From an uncultured Methanolobus sp. (lineage in GTDB: Archaea > Halobacteriota > Methanosarcinia > Methanosarcinales > Methanosarcinaceae): DNA of 64,000 bases. The notes beneath the pieces are model-generated. The model had not been told where the DNA came from. It saw only the letters and a program-made list of their open reading frames with translations, and ran no database searches. How positions within the stretch are numbered: the stretch's first letter is position 1; every line of letters begins with the position of its first letter. This document shows positions 48,658 through 58,227 of the stretch, in pieces. Made by a program: the position numbers and the translations under genes. The stretch covers positions 2,810,009 to 2,874,008 of the forward strand of contig OY776215.1 of the NCBI GenBank assembly GCA_963675495.1, in the 5' to 3' direction.

Positions 48658-49602
48658 ATGAACATAAATAGGTTATTCTTTCTAGCGATGGCAATGCTTA
48701 TTGTCTTTGCAGGTACAGCAAATGCAGCCAATATAACGGTTGCAGATGGTGAAACGCTTAAGCTCAACAATAGTGCTGATAATATCACAGTTGAAGCAGG
48801 TGGAAACCTTGTAATTGAAAGTAGTGGTGGTTTGAATGGCATACTTGTGAACTACGGAAACGTTGTGGTTGAAGCCGGCTTCGTCTTTACTAGTTTTAGT
48901 CTTGAGTGTGACATTGAAAACCACGGGTACTTCTATAATAACGGTGTTTTGAATGATATTGGTAGTTTCAACAACAGCGGTTATTTTTATAACTATGGGG
49001 AATTTAGCGACAGTTCAAGATTCTACAACATCGGCAATTTTGAAAACCATGGTCAAATACGTGGCTTGCTGCCTATCGAAAACGATGGTACGTTTATTAA
49101 TTATGGTGAGATTGATCTAGCTGTTGCTCCAGCTTCTCTCGAAAACAACGTCAATGGAAGTTTCTACAATTACAATATGATCTACTTTGAAGGCACTATT
49201 AAAAACTATGGGATCATCAACAATGAAGGTCACCTCTTCGGGGTAATAACATTTGAGAACTACGGCACTCTAATCAACAATGGTAGGATTAAAGATTACG
49301 GCGGCGGGCCAATAATATTTGAGAACTACGGCACTCTAACCAACAATGATGCGATAACAGTGGAACGTATGATGTTCTATAACTATGGTGAACTGATTAA
49401 TAATGGTGACTTTGGTAGTGAAGGTTTCAACGCAATTAGCTCCTTAATCACATATAAGGACAGCATTCTTGTTAACAATGGTATGATACGTGCAGATATA
49501 ATAACAGAACCGACTCAGAATATCCCTGAATTCCCAACAATTGCAATTCCACTAGCTGCAATTATAGGAGTGGCATTCATGTTCCAGCGAAGGAAAAGAT
49601 AA
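48658..49602 (+). CDS. PEF-CTERM surface protein with an Asn-x-Gly repeat (beta-solenoid-like) body
   Basis: Signal peptide, many N[YHSDN]G units, C-terminal IPEFPT-TM-RRKR. GGTGG RBS before ATG 48658. Confidence 0.88.
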   Translation: MNINRLFFLAMAMLIVFAGTANAANITVADGETLKLNNSADNITVEAGGNLVIESSGGLNGILVNYGNVVVEAGFVFTSFSLECDIENHGYFYNNGVLNDIGSFNNSGYFYNYGEFSDSSRFYNIGNFENHGQIRGLLPIENDGTFINYGEIDLAVAPASLENNVNGSFYNYNMIYFEGTIKNYGIINNEGHLFGVITFENYGTLINNGRIKDYGGGPIIFENYGTLTNNDAITVERMMFYNYGELINNGDFGSEGFNAISSLITYKDSILVNNGMIRADIITEPTQNIPEFPTIAIPLAAIIGVAFMFQRRKR

Positions 49603-49834
49603 TCTTCTTTCCTCTTTATTTTTTTATTCAACAGGGATTAACACAATAAATTCCTGTCCTTTTGGAAACGATGCACGTTTTGAAAATCCTAACGATTCTC
49701 CCTGAAACTCAATTGGATTGCAATATCATCAAATATATTTGTCATATTTCATAATATCTATTTTAGAATCATCTAAATGATTACTATTTAAATATATACA
49801 ATATATGATGTTGTAACTTGATTGTGATAATTTC

Positions 49835-49912
49835 ACTTTATGGTCAAAAGGACTGTTTTATAGTCAAATTATCTACTTTGTAGCCACGTGGACTTTATAG
49901 TCTGGGCTGTCT
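49835..49912. repeat. Promoter module type II tandem units, copy 3 (orphan)
   Basis: ACTTTATGGTCAAAAGGACT / GTTTTATAGTCAAATTATCT / ACTTTGTAGCCACGTGG / ACTTTATAGTCTGG. Confidence 0.55.
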
Positions 49913-50065
49913 ACAGCTACGCAATAAAATGATGAATGAGCAAACAAAACAGATTCTTCAGGTCTGGTAATTGTCTATGAGAATGAATATTCCCAAATAA
50001 TCAAAAAAGAGCAATTAGATAAAACAAGTAAAATTTATGAAAGAAAAAAAGGAGGCGATGATAAA

Positions 50066-50245
50066 TCATACTTCAAGACAGTCAAGTGGTCTCTTGAAGA
50101 ATGCCTTTATCATTCCAGTATCATCGATGTCCTCTGAAAAACGTATAAGTTCCCAGCCATCTATGCCGAGTTTGTTCAGGTCCTCTTTCGTACTGTCCAT
50201 TTCTCCGAAGCGAACAGATCTGATATCGTATTCCCATGGTGCCAT
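50066..50245 (-). CDS. DUF4177-like small protein, 59 aa (not in ORF track)
   Basis: MAPWEYDIRSVRFGEMDSTKEDLNKLGIDGWELIRFSEDIDDTGMIKAFFKRPLDCLEV*, with WEY/LN.LG.DGWEL/FKRP signature and GAGG RBS. Confidence 0.85.
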   Translation of the reverse strand: MAPWEYDIRSVRFGEMDSTKEDLNKLGIDGWELIRFSEDIDDTGMIKAFFKRPLDCLEV

Positions 50246-50476
50246 GTTTTAACCTCTGATCAATTTAAGTTCAATTTGAGTATATAATAACGTATAATCG
50301 CGTTATATAAAAAACTTGTCAAAAAACAAAGTTGTGTTTAAAGCAAATTAATTTGATTTATTTAGTTTAAAGAAACAAATGGATAGGAAAAACAGAAATG
50401 TGGGTTAGTTTCCTGCTTTGAACAAAATCCAGCAGGAAATAACTATGTTGTTAGCAATTAGGGAACAATTTGAAGA

Positions 50477-50764
50477 TTACTGGCGTGACAGTTTTTTAAT
50501 ACTGTCCAGATCTATCTTTTCCTTTGAAAGAACATCAAAAACCTTACTCTTGTCGATCCACATATCAGATGCACTTTGCAGACCCTGAGATTTATGGGGA
50601 GCGTACTTGATGTCAAAACCTGGTGTGGTGGTAGCTTCACCAGTGACAGAACTGGTAAAAGTATTCTGAAGCAGAGGAGCGTCAGAGTCCTTCCTGTTCT
50701 TTGCTTCTGTCAATACCTGCTCATCTGTTTTATTGTCAGTCATATATGAGTAGATTGACCTCAT
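50477..50764 (-). CDS. Hypothetical protein
   Basis: 95-aa ORF with a downstream hairpin (TTTCCTGCT/AGCAGGAAA) and an upstream TATA-like sequence. Confidence 0.6.
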   Translation of the reverse strand: MRSIYSYMTDNKTDEQVLTEAKNRKDSDAPLLQNTFTSSVTGEATTTPGFDIKYAPHKSQGLQSASDMWIDKSKVFDVLSKEKIDLDSIKKLSRQ

Positions 50765-50905
50765 GATTATTAAAGGATTCTGACAATTGTATAAAAAGCA
50801 ATGTAGATACAGACTTTCTTATTTTGCCGGAATACCTTTATAAAACAAAACATTTGTCTTTTTACAGGGAGTTAATTCGAAGTATCCTTATTTAGTCAAT
50901 AGATC

Positions 50906-52309
50906 ATGGGTGATCATGTGGTTCGGTTGGAAAAAGACACTTTAGGAGAAGTAGAAGTACCGGATAATGTATACTATGGTCCGCAGACAGCAAGGGCTAT
51001 AGATAATTTTAAGGTAAGTGGTGAGAGCTTGCCCATTGAGTTCATAAAAGCCCAGGCAGCTATAAAAGTTGCATCTGCAAAGGCAAATATAGAATGCAGA
51101 AAACTTGACACTTTTATAGGAGATGCGATCATTGGGGCTGCATCTGAGGTCCGCAATGGGAAAATGAAAGACCAGTTCATAGTAGATGTTTTCCAGTCTG
51201 GTGCTGGCACATCACAGAACATGAATGCAAATGAGGTCATTGCCAACCGTGCACTTGAGATATTGGGACATGAAAAAGGAAGATACGACATAATTCATCC
51301 AAATGACCATGTTAATATGTCCCAGTCCTCAAATGATACAACTCATACAGCTATCCATATCTCAGTAGTTGAAAGTCTCACAGCAAACCTTATTCCGGCT
51401 ATTGATGAACTGCTAAGGACTCTTCAAGAAAAATCTGCTGAGTTTATGCCCGTGGTCAAATCTGGACGAACACATCTTCAGGATGCAGTTCCGATCACAT
51501 TGGGTCAGGAATTCAGTGGATACTCAAGGATGATAGAACTCGACAGAATAAGGTTACTGGAATCTATGGACGGATTGCTGGAACTAAATATGGGTGGAAC
51601 TGCTATAGGGACCGGATTAAATGCACCTTCCGGATTTTCAGATATTGCAATAAGGGAAATGAAGGTCATAACAGGCATTGATTTCAGGATCACTGATAAT
51701 TCATTTGAAGCTACTCAGGGTGCCGGTGCTGTCCTTGCCTGTTCTGCTGCACTTAGGGGTCTTGCAGTAAGTCTTACTAAAATATCAAACGACCTGCGCT
51801 TGCTTTCAAGTGGTCCCAGAGCCGGGATGGGTGAATTGAACCTTCCGTCAGTTCAGCCGGGTTCATCCATAATGCCAGCCAAAATAAATCCTGTAATGGC
51901 AGAAATGCTCAACATGGTCTGTTTCCAGGTGATTGGAAACGATACTGCTATTATGATGGCTGCACAGGCAGGTCAGCTTGAACTTAATGTATTTACACCA
52001 CTACTTGCTCATAATCTCCTCAAGTCGGTAAAGATACTGTCAGGTGCTATTGGTTCATTCAACGGAAAATGTCTGAAGGGCTTGAGTGCTAATGTTGAAA
52101 GGTGTGCGGAACTTGCAGGTTCCAGCCTAGCACTGGCGACATCCCTTGCTCCTATAATTGGTTATGATAATGCAGCTGAGGTAGCTTATAGAGCACACCG
52201 GGAAAACCGGTCAATAAAGGAAGTGGTCACTGAAATGGAACTGCTTACGGACAAAGAAAGTGAGGACTTGCTGGATCCAATGAAACTAACGGGGCTGACA
52301 GATGATTGA
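50906..52309 (+). CDS. Aspartate ammonia-lyase / class II fumarate hydratase
   Basis: YYGPQTARA, QSGAGTSQNMNANEV, HPNDHVNMSQSSND, GRTHLQDA, GSSIMPAKINP. Confidence 0.92.
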   Translation: MGDHVVRLEKDTLGEVEVPDNVYYGPQTARAIDNFKVSGESLPIEFIKAQAAIKVASAKANIECRKLDTFIGDAIIGAASEVRNGKMKDQFIVDVFQSGAGTSQNMNANEVIANRALEILGHEKGRYDIIHPNDHVNMSQSSNDTTHTAIHISVVESLTANLIPAIDELLRTLQEKSAEFMPVVKSGRTHLQDAVPITLGQEFSGYSRMIELDRIRLLESMDGLLELNMGGTAIGTGLNAPSGFSDIAIREMKVITGIDFRITDNSFEATQGAGAVLACSAALRGLAVSLTKISNDLRLLSSGPRAGMGELNLPSVQPGSSIMPAKINPVMAEMLNMVCFQVIGNDTAIMMAAQAGQLELNVFTPLLAHNLLKSVKILSGAIGSFNGKCLKGLSANVERCAELAGSSLALATSLAPIIGYDNAAEVAYRAHRENRSIKEVVTEMELLTDKESEDLLDPMKLTGLTDD

Positions 52310-53975
52310 TCATGACATAATAGTTATTGGGGGGGGACTTGCAGGACTTCGGTCAGCTATTGAAGCTCATCAGCTGGGAGCAGATGTTGCTATAATCTCA
52401 AAAGTGCATCCCATTCGCAGTCACTCCGGTGCTGCACAGGGTGGTATCAATGCATCGCTTGGCGCTGATGATAGTTGGGAGTCACATGCTTTTGATACTG
52501 TGAAGGGTAGTGATTATCTTGCAGATCAGGACACAGTTGAAGTGCTTTGCAGGGAGGCACCAGAAAGGGTTATTGAAATGGAGAACTGGGGCTGCAATTT
52601 TTCACGACAGGAAAGTGGTAGGATAGCCCAGCGTCCTTTCGGAGGGGCAGGATTTCCAAGGACATGCTACGCAGGTGACAGGACCGGACATAACCTATTG
52701 AATACATTATACGAGCAGTTTCTCAGAAATAATATCAAAATATACAGCGAATGGATCGTGACAAAGCTCGTTGTTGATGAAGGCAGATGTATTGGCTTTG
52801 TTGCAATGAACATGGCCAATTCAAAGATTGAAGCTTTCCGGGCAAAAGCTACAATTCTAGCCACTGGTGGATATGGAAGGATATACCAACGTTCCACTAA
52901 TGCCATAATTAACAGGGGATTTGGCATAAGTCTGGCTTACGACGCCGGGGTTCCGTTACAAGACATGGAATTTGTGCAGTTCCATCCAACTACTTTATGG
53001 GGAACTAATATACTGATAACAGAAGGAGCACGTGGAGAAGGTGGCTATCTTTTTAATAGAGATCATGAACGTTTCATGAGCAGATATGCAGAAGGGGCAA
53101 TGGAGCTTGCACCAAGGGATATAGTTGCAAGGTCCATACAAAAAGAGATAGATGAAGAAAGGGGATTTCCTGATGGATATGTGCATCTTGACCTGACACA
53201 TCTTGGAAAAGAGCTCATAAATGAAAGGCTTCCGGGTATAAGGCAAATATCAATTGATTTTGCAGGCATAGATCCTGTGAAGGAGCCCATACCTGTACAG
53301 CCTGGACAACATTATTCTATGGGTGGTGTGAGTTCAGATAAGGATGGAAAGACGCCACTGCAAGGTCTTTATGCTGTTGGCGAATGTGCCTGCATCAGTG
53401 TTCATGGTGCTAACAGGCTTGGTGGAAATTCACTACTGGATACTGTTGTTTTTGGAAGAAGAGCAGGAGTTGATGCAACAGATTATGCAAGATCTATTCC
53501 AGGATTTAGTAAAGAGAAACTGCTTGAAGCTTTCCGACAGGAAGAAGGAAGGATTCAGGAAATGTTTGGGGCAGAAGGGGAAAACTTTGCTTGTATAAGG
53601 GATGAGTTGCAGCAACTTATGCAGGAGCATGTTGGCATATTCAGGAATCACAAGGGTCTGAAATATGCTCTGGATGAAATAAAAAAACTCAAAAAAAGGG
53701 CAGCAAAACTAAGGGTTAAAAACACGGCCACAGTCTTTAATTTTGAATTGATGAATGCTCTCGAATTAAAAGGCATGCTTGAACTGGGTCATGTCATAGC
53801 ACTTGGTGCACTTGAAAGAGAAGAAAGCCGGGGAGCACACTACCGTACGGATTTTCTTGAAAGGGATGACGAGTATTGGCTCAGGCATACTCTTGCTTAT
53901 AAAGACAAGGAACCGCGTCTTGAGTACAAAGAAGTGAACATTGGTAATTTCACTCCACAAAGGAGGGAATACTGA
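52302..53975 (+). CDS. sdhA: Succinate dehydrogenase/fumarate reductase flavoprotein subunit
   Basis: GGGLAG, RSHSGAAQGG (covalent-FAD His), QFHPT, TEGARGEGG, ELAPRD, HYSMGG, HGANRLGGNSL, ESRGAH. Confidence 0.93.
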   Translation: MIDHDIIVIGGGLAGLRSAIEAHQLGADVAIISKVHPIRSHSGAAQGGINASLGADDSWESHAFDTVKGSDYLADQDTVEVLCREAPERVIEMENWGCNFSRQESGRIAQRPFGGAGFPRTCYAGDRTGHNLLNTLYEQFLRNNIKIYSEWIVTKLVVDEGRCIGFVAMNMANSKIEAFRAKATILATGGYGRIYQRSTNAIINRGFGISLAYDAGVPLQDMEFVQFHPTTLWGTNILITEGARGEGGYLFNRDHERFMSRYAEGAMELAPRDIVARSIQKEIDEERGFPDGYVHLDLTHLGKELINERLPGIRQISIDFAGIDPVKEPIPVQPGQHYSMGGVSSDKDGKTPLQGLYAVGECACISVHGANRLGGNSLLDTVVFGRRAGVDATDYARSIPGFSKEKLLEAFRQEEGRIQEMFGAEGENFACIRDELQQLMQEHVGIFRNHKGLKYALDEIKKLKKRAAKLRVKNTATVFNFELMNALELKGMLELGHVIALGALEREESRGAHYRTDFLERDDEYWLRHTLAYKDKEPRLEYKEVNIGNFTPQRREY

Positions 53976-54727
53976 TGGTGAAACTGGTGATAAGAAGGCA
54001 GGATAAGGGCACCGTATGGTATGATACTTTTGATGTTGAGGAAAAATCCGGGATGACAGTGTTGGAAGCATTGTTCCAGATTCAGGAAAAGCAGGATGGA
54101 AGTCTTTGCTTCCGTTATTCCTGCAGGGGAGCGGTATGTGGAAGCTGCGCCATGCTTATTAATAGAAAACCAGGGCTTGCGTGCAGGACGCAGTTGTCTA
54201 ATGCTAAAACCGAAGTTGTTCAGGAGTCTGAAAAAGACCAGATAATTCTGAAACATGGCAGTAGGGATGATAATAAGGACACAATTCTTGTTGAGCCACT
54301 TCCGAATTTCAAAGTTATCAGGGACCTTATAGTAGATATGGATCACTTTTACAGACTGGTTGATTCAATTAAACCATGGATCAATACTCCGGAAAATGCC
54401 GGGTATAAAGAGAATACCATAGATCCTGCTACACAAATGCAGATCGAGAAGTATACCAATTGTATACTTTGTGCCACGTGCCATGGTGCCTGTCCGTCGG
54501 CAGCAAGAAATGAAAAATATCTCGGGCCTGCTGCGCTGGCAAAAGCATGGCGTTTTTATTTGGACCCACGAAGCAATAAAGAAAATGTTGACACTCTTCC
54601 TGGCATGTTCGATTCTAAAGAAGGCGTTTGGGGATGTGATGTTGTTTATAACTGCGTAGCTGTGTGTCCAAAGAAAGTACCGCCAACAACTGCAATTCTT
54701 AAATTGAGGGAGAAGTTTAAAAAATAA
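53975..54727 (+). CDS. sdhB: Succinate dehydrogenase/fumarate reductase iron-sulfur subunit
   Basis: SCRGAVCGSC..LAC [2Fe-2S], CILCATCHGACP [4Fe-4S], CDVVYNCVAVCP [3Fe-4S]. Confidence 0.92.
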   Translation: MVKLVIRRQDKGTVWYDTFDVEEKSGMTVLEALFQIQEKQDGSLCFRYSCRGAVCGSCAMLINRKPGLACRTQLSNAKTEVVQESEKDQIILKHGSRDDNKDTILVEPLPNFKVIRDLIVDMDHFYRLVDSIKPWINTPENAGYKENTIDPATQMQIEKYTNCILCATCHGACPSAARNEKYLGPAALAKAWRFYLDPRSNKENVDTLPGMFDSKEGVWGCDVVYNCVAVCPKKVPPTTAILKLREKFKK

Positions 54728-54780
54728 TATTAGAAGAATTCCTTTATGTCACATGGAACTTAGTGTCCTGTCGTAACAGA

Positions 54781-55365
54781 TTACATATAAAATAGCATTA
54801 AGAAAGCCAGTTCTGCAAAAGCACCGGAAAATACAGGAATTGCCAGGTTATCATCAATTTTAACGAATGTGGTTTCTACAAAGGTTGCAACAAATGCAGT
54901 ACATATAGAAATGATGGGGTTTTCAAGCAACAGGGTAGCTATAAAAAGATTCGCAATAAACTCTGCAACACATCCTTCCAGGCTTTTTCCATTGCCAAAT
55001 ATCCTTATTTTTCCAAATCTGTTTCCAATCAGTGCGGCGCTCATGTCGCCAAAAGTGGTCATGAGAATGGCTGCAAATGCAATATTTTTGCTGAACACAG
55101 AGACAGCAATTAAAGCACCAATGGTAAAATAGACATGTGAACCAAGTTCTTTTCCTTCTTTCTGGCGCAAAAGTCTATGAAATAAAGGAAGTTTTATTCC
55201 TCTGTCAAGTCTCAGGTGCTCGATGCTCAAAATGAACACAAGATAAGCTATCAACAGAGTTTGACTTGCTTGTTTCCCAAAAAAATCGTAGACAAGTATG
55301 ATGAGTATCGAGGTTAAATGAACACCTTTTCGCATAAGCTCGTTAGCAAAAGAGATAGAAGTCAT
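54781..55365 (-). CDS. Dolichol/phytol kinase-like (CTP-dependent polyprenol kinase family) membrane protein
   Basis: RKGVH, FGDMSAALIG..FG, KSLEG, DDNLAIP. Confidence 0.88.
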   Translation of the reverse strand: MTSISFANELMRKGVHLTSILIILVYDFFGKQASQTLLIAYLVFILSIEHLRLDRGIKLPLFHRLLRQKEGKELGSHVYFTIGALIAVSVFSKNIAFAAILMTTFGDMSAALIGNRFGKIRIFGNGKSLEGCVAEFIANLFIATLLLENPIISICTAFVATFVETTFVKIDDNLAIPVFSGAFAELAFLMLFYM

Positions 55366-55540
55366 TGACCTTTATTGAATTTTTTGATATTTAAAAGGGT
55401 TTATCATATCAAAAATAGAAGAAACGTAACAATTGGACAGTTGATTTTATTTAAATGCGGATATTTTAAATATGAATATAACCAACTTTAATATAGGTGA
55501 AATATACCAATTTGTGGGAAATAGGGGTATATGCCACACT

Positions 55541-55679
55541 TTCAAAAAGCCTGGGGAGGCAATTGATGGAGCAGGGTGGCTGTTATCATATGACTGAAGT
55601 GCTACATGAACAGTGCTAGTCATTTTAGTTAGGCTTGTCTGCTTTTGGAATCCAGAAGGTGAAACCTTTGCTTTTTGAA
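55541..55679 (+). promoter_or_regulatory. Candidate structured 5' leader RNA
   Basis: Closing stem TTCAAAAAGC/GCTTTTTGAA enclosing three hairpins, directly upstream of the RBS of 55702. Confidence 0.4.
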
Positions 55680-55701
55680 CTAATAAAATGGAGTGTAAGT
55701 T

Positions 55702-57981
55702 ATGGCAAGAGTGAAAAAAACAAATGGTGTGAAAATATCAGCAAAAGTGGACGGCATTAAGAGTTCATCTGTCCCTTTAAAAGCTGTTGTTTTTTCAGAA
55801 GATGCAAATGAAGTGAAAATACTAGCCGAAAAAAAGCTGAAAACAGACGATCTGGACATAGAACTTGATGTGGAAGCTGCAAAGATGCCGGAAAATGTCA
55901 GGATATCCATTGTTCCTGATGAAGTCAAAAATGGGACTCAGATACGCAGGCTTGCAGAATCTGAAAACGCATCCACTGCAAACATTACAAAAGATGTTCT
56001 TCTTTCAAGAGATGGAGTGCTCAAGAAAGATGACCTCTCCATCAAACCTGTGGATTCAGTGCTTGGGCTCTGGAAATTGAAGCATAAGGTTTGTGGTCGT
56101 GTCTTTAAGACCGATCCTGCTACCGGTGAAAAGTGTCCGGTTCCCGGAGCGACTGTTCATGTATATGATGTAGACATTAATTTCTTCTGGTGGTATCCGC
56201 ACCCAGGAATGCCATGGGGATGGGTCTTCCCGTTCTTCCCTCACCGTAAAGAGGAAATTGGAACAACAAAGACAGATGAATGTGGTTATTTCTGTGTCAA
56301 TATCCCATATTTCGATATTGATGCTGTCCTGAGATGGAGACTGCGCTACCGCTGTCTATGGGATATACTCAGGCGGCCAACAGTTCTTGAAGCAATAGAT
56401 ATGGGCGTTAAACCGGACATACGATATTATCCGGAACTAAAGCCGCTTCCTGAGATGAAGGTTAAACCAAGGCCGCAGCCCTGGCCACCATCGGAGCCTG
56501 TTATCAAGGAAATAGAATACAGGGATCTAAAATCAAGAAACGATGATGCTATCGAAATGATCTCATCAGAGATTAAGAAGGAATTGCATACAAACACTGA
56601 CTCTATGAGAGAACTGTTCACAAAGTCAAGATTTGAGGCTGTCCGTGAGAATCTTTTCAAGAAAGATACTCTTTTTGAGCCGGTGAGCAAAGATAGATCA
56701 TCCTTGCTGGATCAGCCTGCATTCCCTCATTCAATCGCTCCTCCAGCACTTCCTGATGATGAATTGATGATGGAGATGCTCGGAAAGCAAAAAGAGGATA
56801 TTTCAGACACTATCATGCAGATACGCAGTTCAAGGCCTACTGTCAGATTGCTGCGTTGCTGGCCTGAGATCGTGCCGCAATGGAACCTTCTCCTTGATGT
56901 GCCTGACATAGTTTTTAAGGTGGAGCAGGATATAGATGAGGATGGTGTGCTTGAAACTATCTATGAAGAAGGCTACTTCGATGTTAACTGGAATTTGAGC
57001 GAGTCAACAACGGACGTTCAGATAGAGGCCTGGCCAAATGCTATTTGTGTACCTTGTGGGGAAGCCTACAAACCATGTACTAAAGCCGGAATTGTGGGTT
57101 TCAATGACATGGCTGTTGATCCGATCTATTTTGATGGCAACGGGTATGTGAAAGGGGTTAACAGACCGAAGCAATTTGTTGGTTTCCCATTGCCACACAT
57201 CGTGCGTCCTGATGCTGAGACACCACTATGTAAAACAATCCGTATCGTAGGTTGTCCGGACTATGGGACCGCCGTCTATTACAAAGTGTTCTATAAATAT
57301 GAGGGCGGTTCTGAAACCCACTTTAACGAGTCATGGCATGTGTATAACATCAGTGCAGGCACTTCTCATTATGTAAAACCTGATAGCAATGGGTTCTACG
57401 AAGTACTGACTCCGCCGAATAATTATTTCCCCTACCATACTCTGATAAACTGGCGCACTCACCGTTATTCTGATGGTAAGTATGAGATCAGACTGGAACT
57501 GTATGATGCAGCACATAATCCAATCGTTGCAGCTATTGACCCGGTGAAAGTGGTCATAGACAACAGTAGACCAGCTCCGATCGATTTCCTGAAGCTTGAG
57601 TACAGGGAGGCTGGAGGAGCCTGGAATGAAGCTCCGCTCCATTGTCCGATAATAAAAAGGACTGCAGGTGTCGATATTGAGCTAAAGGTCGGCTACAATG
57701 TAGCAGCAAGTCACCTGAGGGATATAACTATTAGTTTCACCGGATGTTCGGGTTCTGTGGGCAGTGACAGCTACTGGCATCAGTCTGTGGGAGATAATAA
57801 TAAAGTATTGGACTGGACAGTTACTGTGCCGTCATCTGTGGATGAAGGAGGTTACAGGTTCTATCTTGAAGGACGTAGCCGAGCTTTCAATGCTACTGGA
57901 GGACTTGCCAGCAACTGGGAATTCGATACTCTCAGCATCTGGAAAGGAAATTCACTGCATGTTGTGATACTTGATAAGTAA
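55702..57981 (+). CDS. Large hypothetical protein (transthyretin/carboxypeptidase-regulatory-like strand plus Ig-like C-terminal domains)
   Basis: 759-aa ORF, VCGRV..PVPGATVHVYDVD..GTTKTDECGYFCV, DG.YEIRLELYDAA..V.IDN. No signal peptide. Terminator follows. Confidence 0.75.
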   Translation: MARVKKTNGVKISAKVDGIKSSSVPLKAVVFSEDANEVKILAEKKLKTDDLDIELDVEAAKMPENVRISIVPDEVKNGTQIRRLAESENASTANITKDVLLSRDGVLKKDDLSIKPVDSVLGLWKLKHKVCGRVFKTDPATGEKCPVPGATVHVYDVDINFFWWYPHPGMPWGWVFPFFPHRKEEIGTTKTDECGYFCVNIPYFDIDAVLRWRLRYRCLWDILRRPTVLEAIDMGVKPDIRYYPELKPLPEMKVKPRPQPWPPSEPVIKEIEYRDLKSRNDDAIEMISSEIKKELHTNTDSMRELFTKSRFEAVRENLFKKDTLFEPVSKDRSSLLDQPAFPHSIAPPALPDDELMMEMLGKQKEDISDTIMQIRSSRPTVRLLRCWPEIVPQWNLLLDVPDIVFKVEQDIDEDGVLETIYEEGYFDVNWNLSESTTDVQIEAWPNAICVPCGEAYKPCTKAGIVGFNDMAVDPIYFDGNGYVKGVNRPKQFVGFPLPHIVRPDAETPLCKTIRIVGCPDYGTAVYYKVFYKYEGGSETHFNESWHVYNISAGTSHYVKPDSNGFYEVLTPPNNYFPYHTLINWRTHRYSDGKYEIRLELYDAAHNPIVAAIDPVKVVIDNSRPAPIDFLKLEYREAGGAWNEAPLHCPIIKRTAGVDIELKVGYNVAASHLRDITISFTGCSGSVGSDSYWHQSVGDNNKVLDWTVTVPSSVDEGGYRFYLEGRSRAFNATGGLASNWEFDTLSIWKGNSLHVVILDK

Positions 57982-58004
57982 GTATTCTTTTTTGGATCAG
58001 TATC

Positions 58005-58027
58005 ATGCCCTCGAAAGAGGGCATTTC
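58005..58027 (+). terminator. Hairpin terminator
   Basis: ATGCCCTC-GAAA-GAGGGCAT followed by T-rich sequence. Confidence 0.65.
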
Positions 58028-58227
58028 CAAATTTTACTTTTTAGGACAGGTTATTATTTGCTTATAAATTCCGTACGTGTCTAATCGACTAAGTTCACAA
58101 CTAGGGCGTTTGCTAATGTATTGGGTGAACTTTTCACAGTTTACTCTTGCTTATACAAAGCTCAGGTCGTATAAAAAAAAATCACATTTGAAGGAACAAA
58201 AAATAAAAAATAGAATGCTTTGTGCAT

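Noticed and set aside
37043-49710. Exact 15-mer TTCTCCCTGAAACTC shared by the Cys-rich ORF and the 49.7-kb intergenic region
   Set aside because: Similarity does not extend beyond it, and one or two such matches are expected by chance in 64 kb.
49625-49752. Minus-strand broken ORF (MKYDKYI**YCNPIEFQGESLGFSKRASFPKGQEFIVLIPVE*)
   Set aside because: It has two in-frame TGA stops and no recognisable family, so it is at best a remnant. There is no support for selenocysteine recoding.
38191-49912. 20-bp tandem units as a degenerate CRISPR array
   Set aside because: There are no unique spacers, only 3-4 units per locus, and no cas genes.
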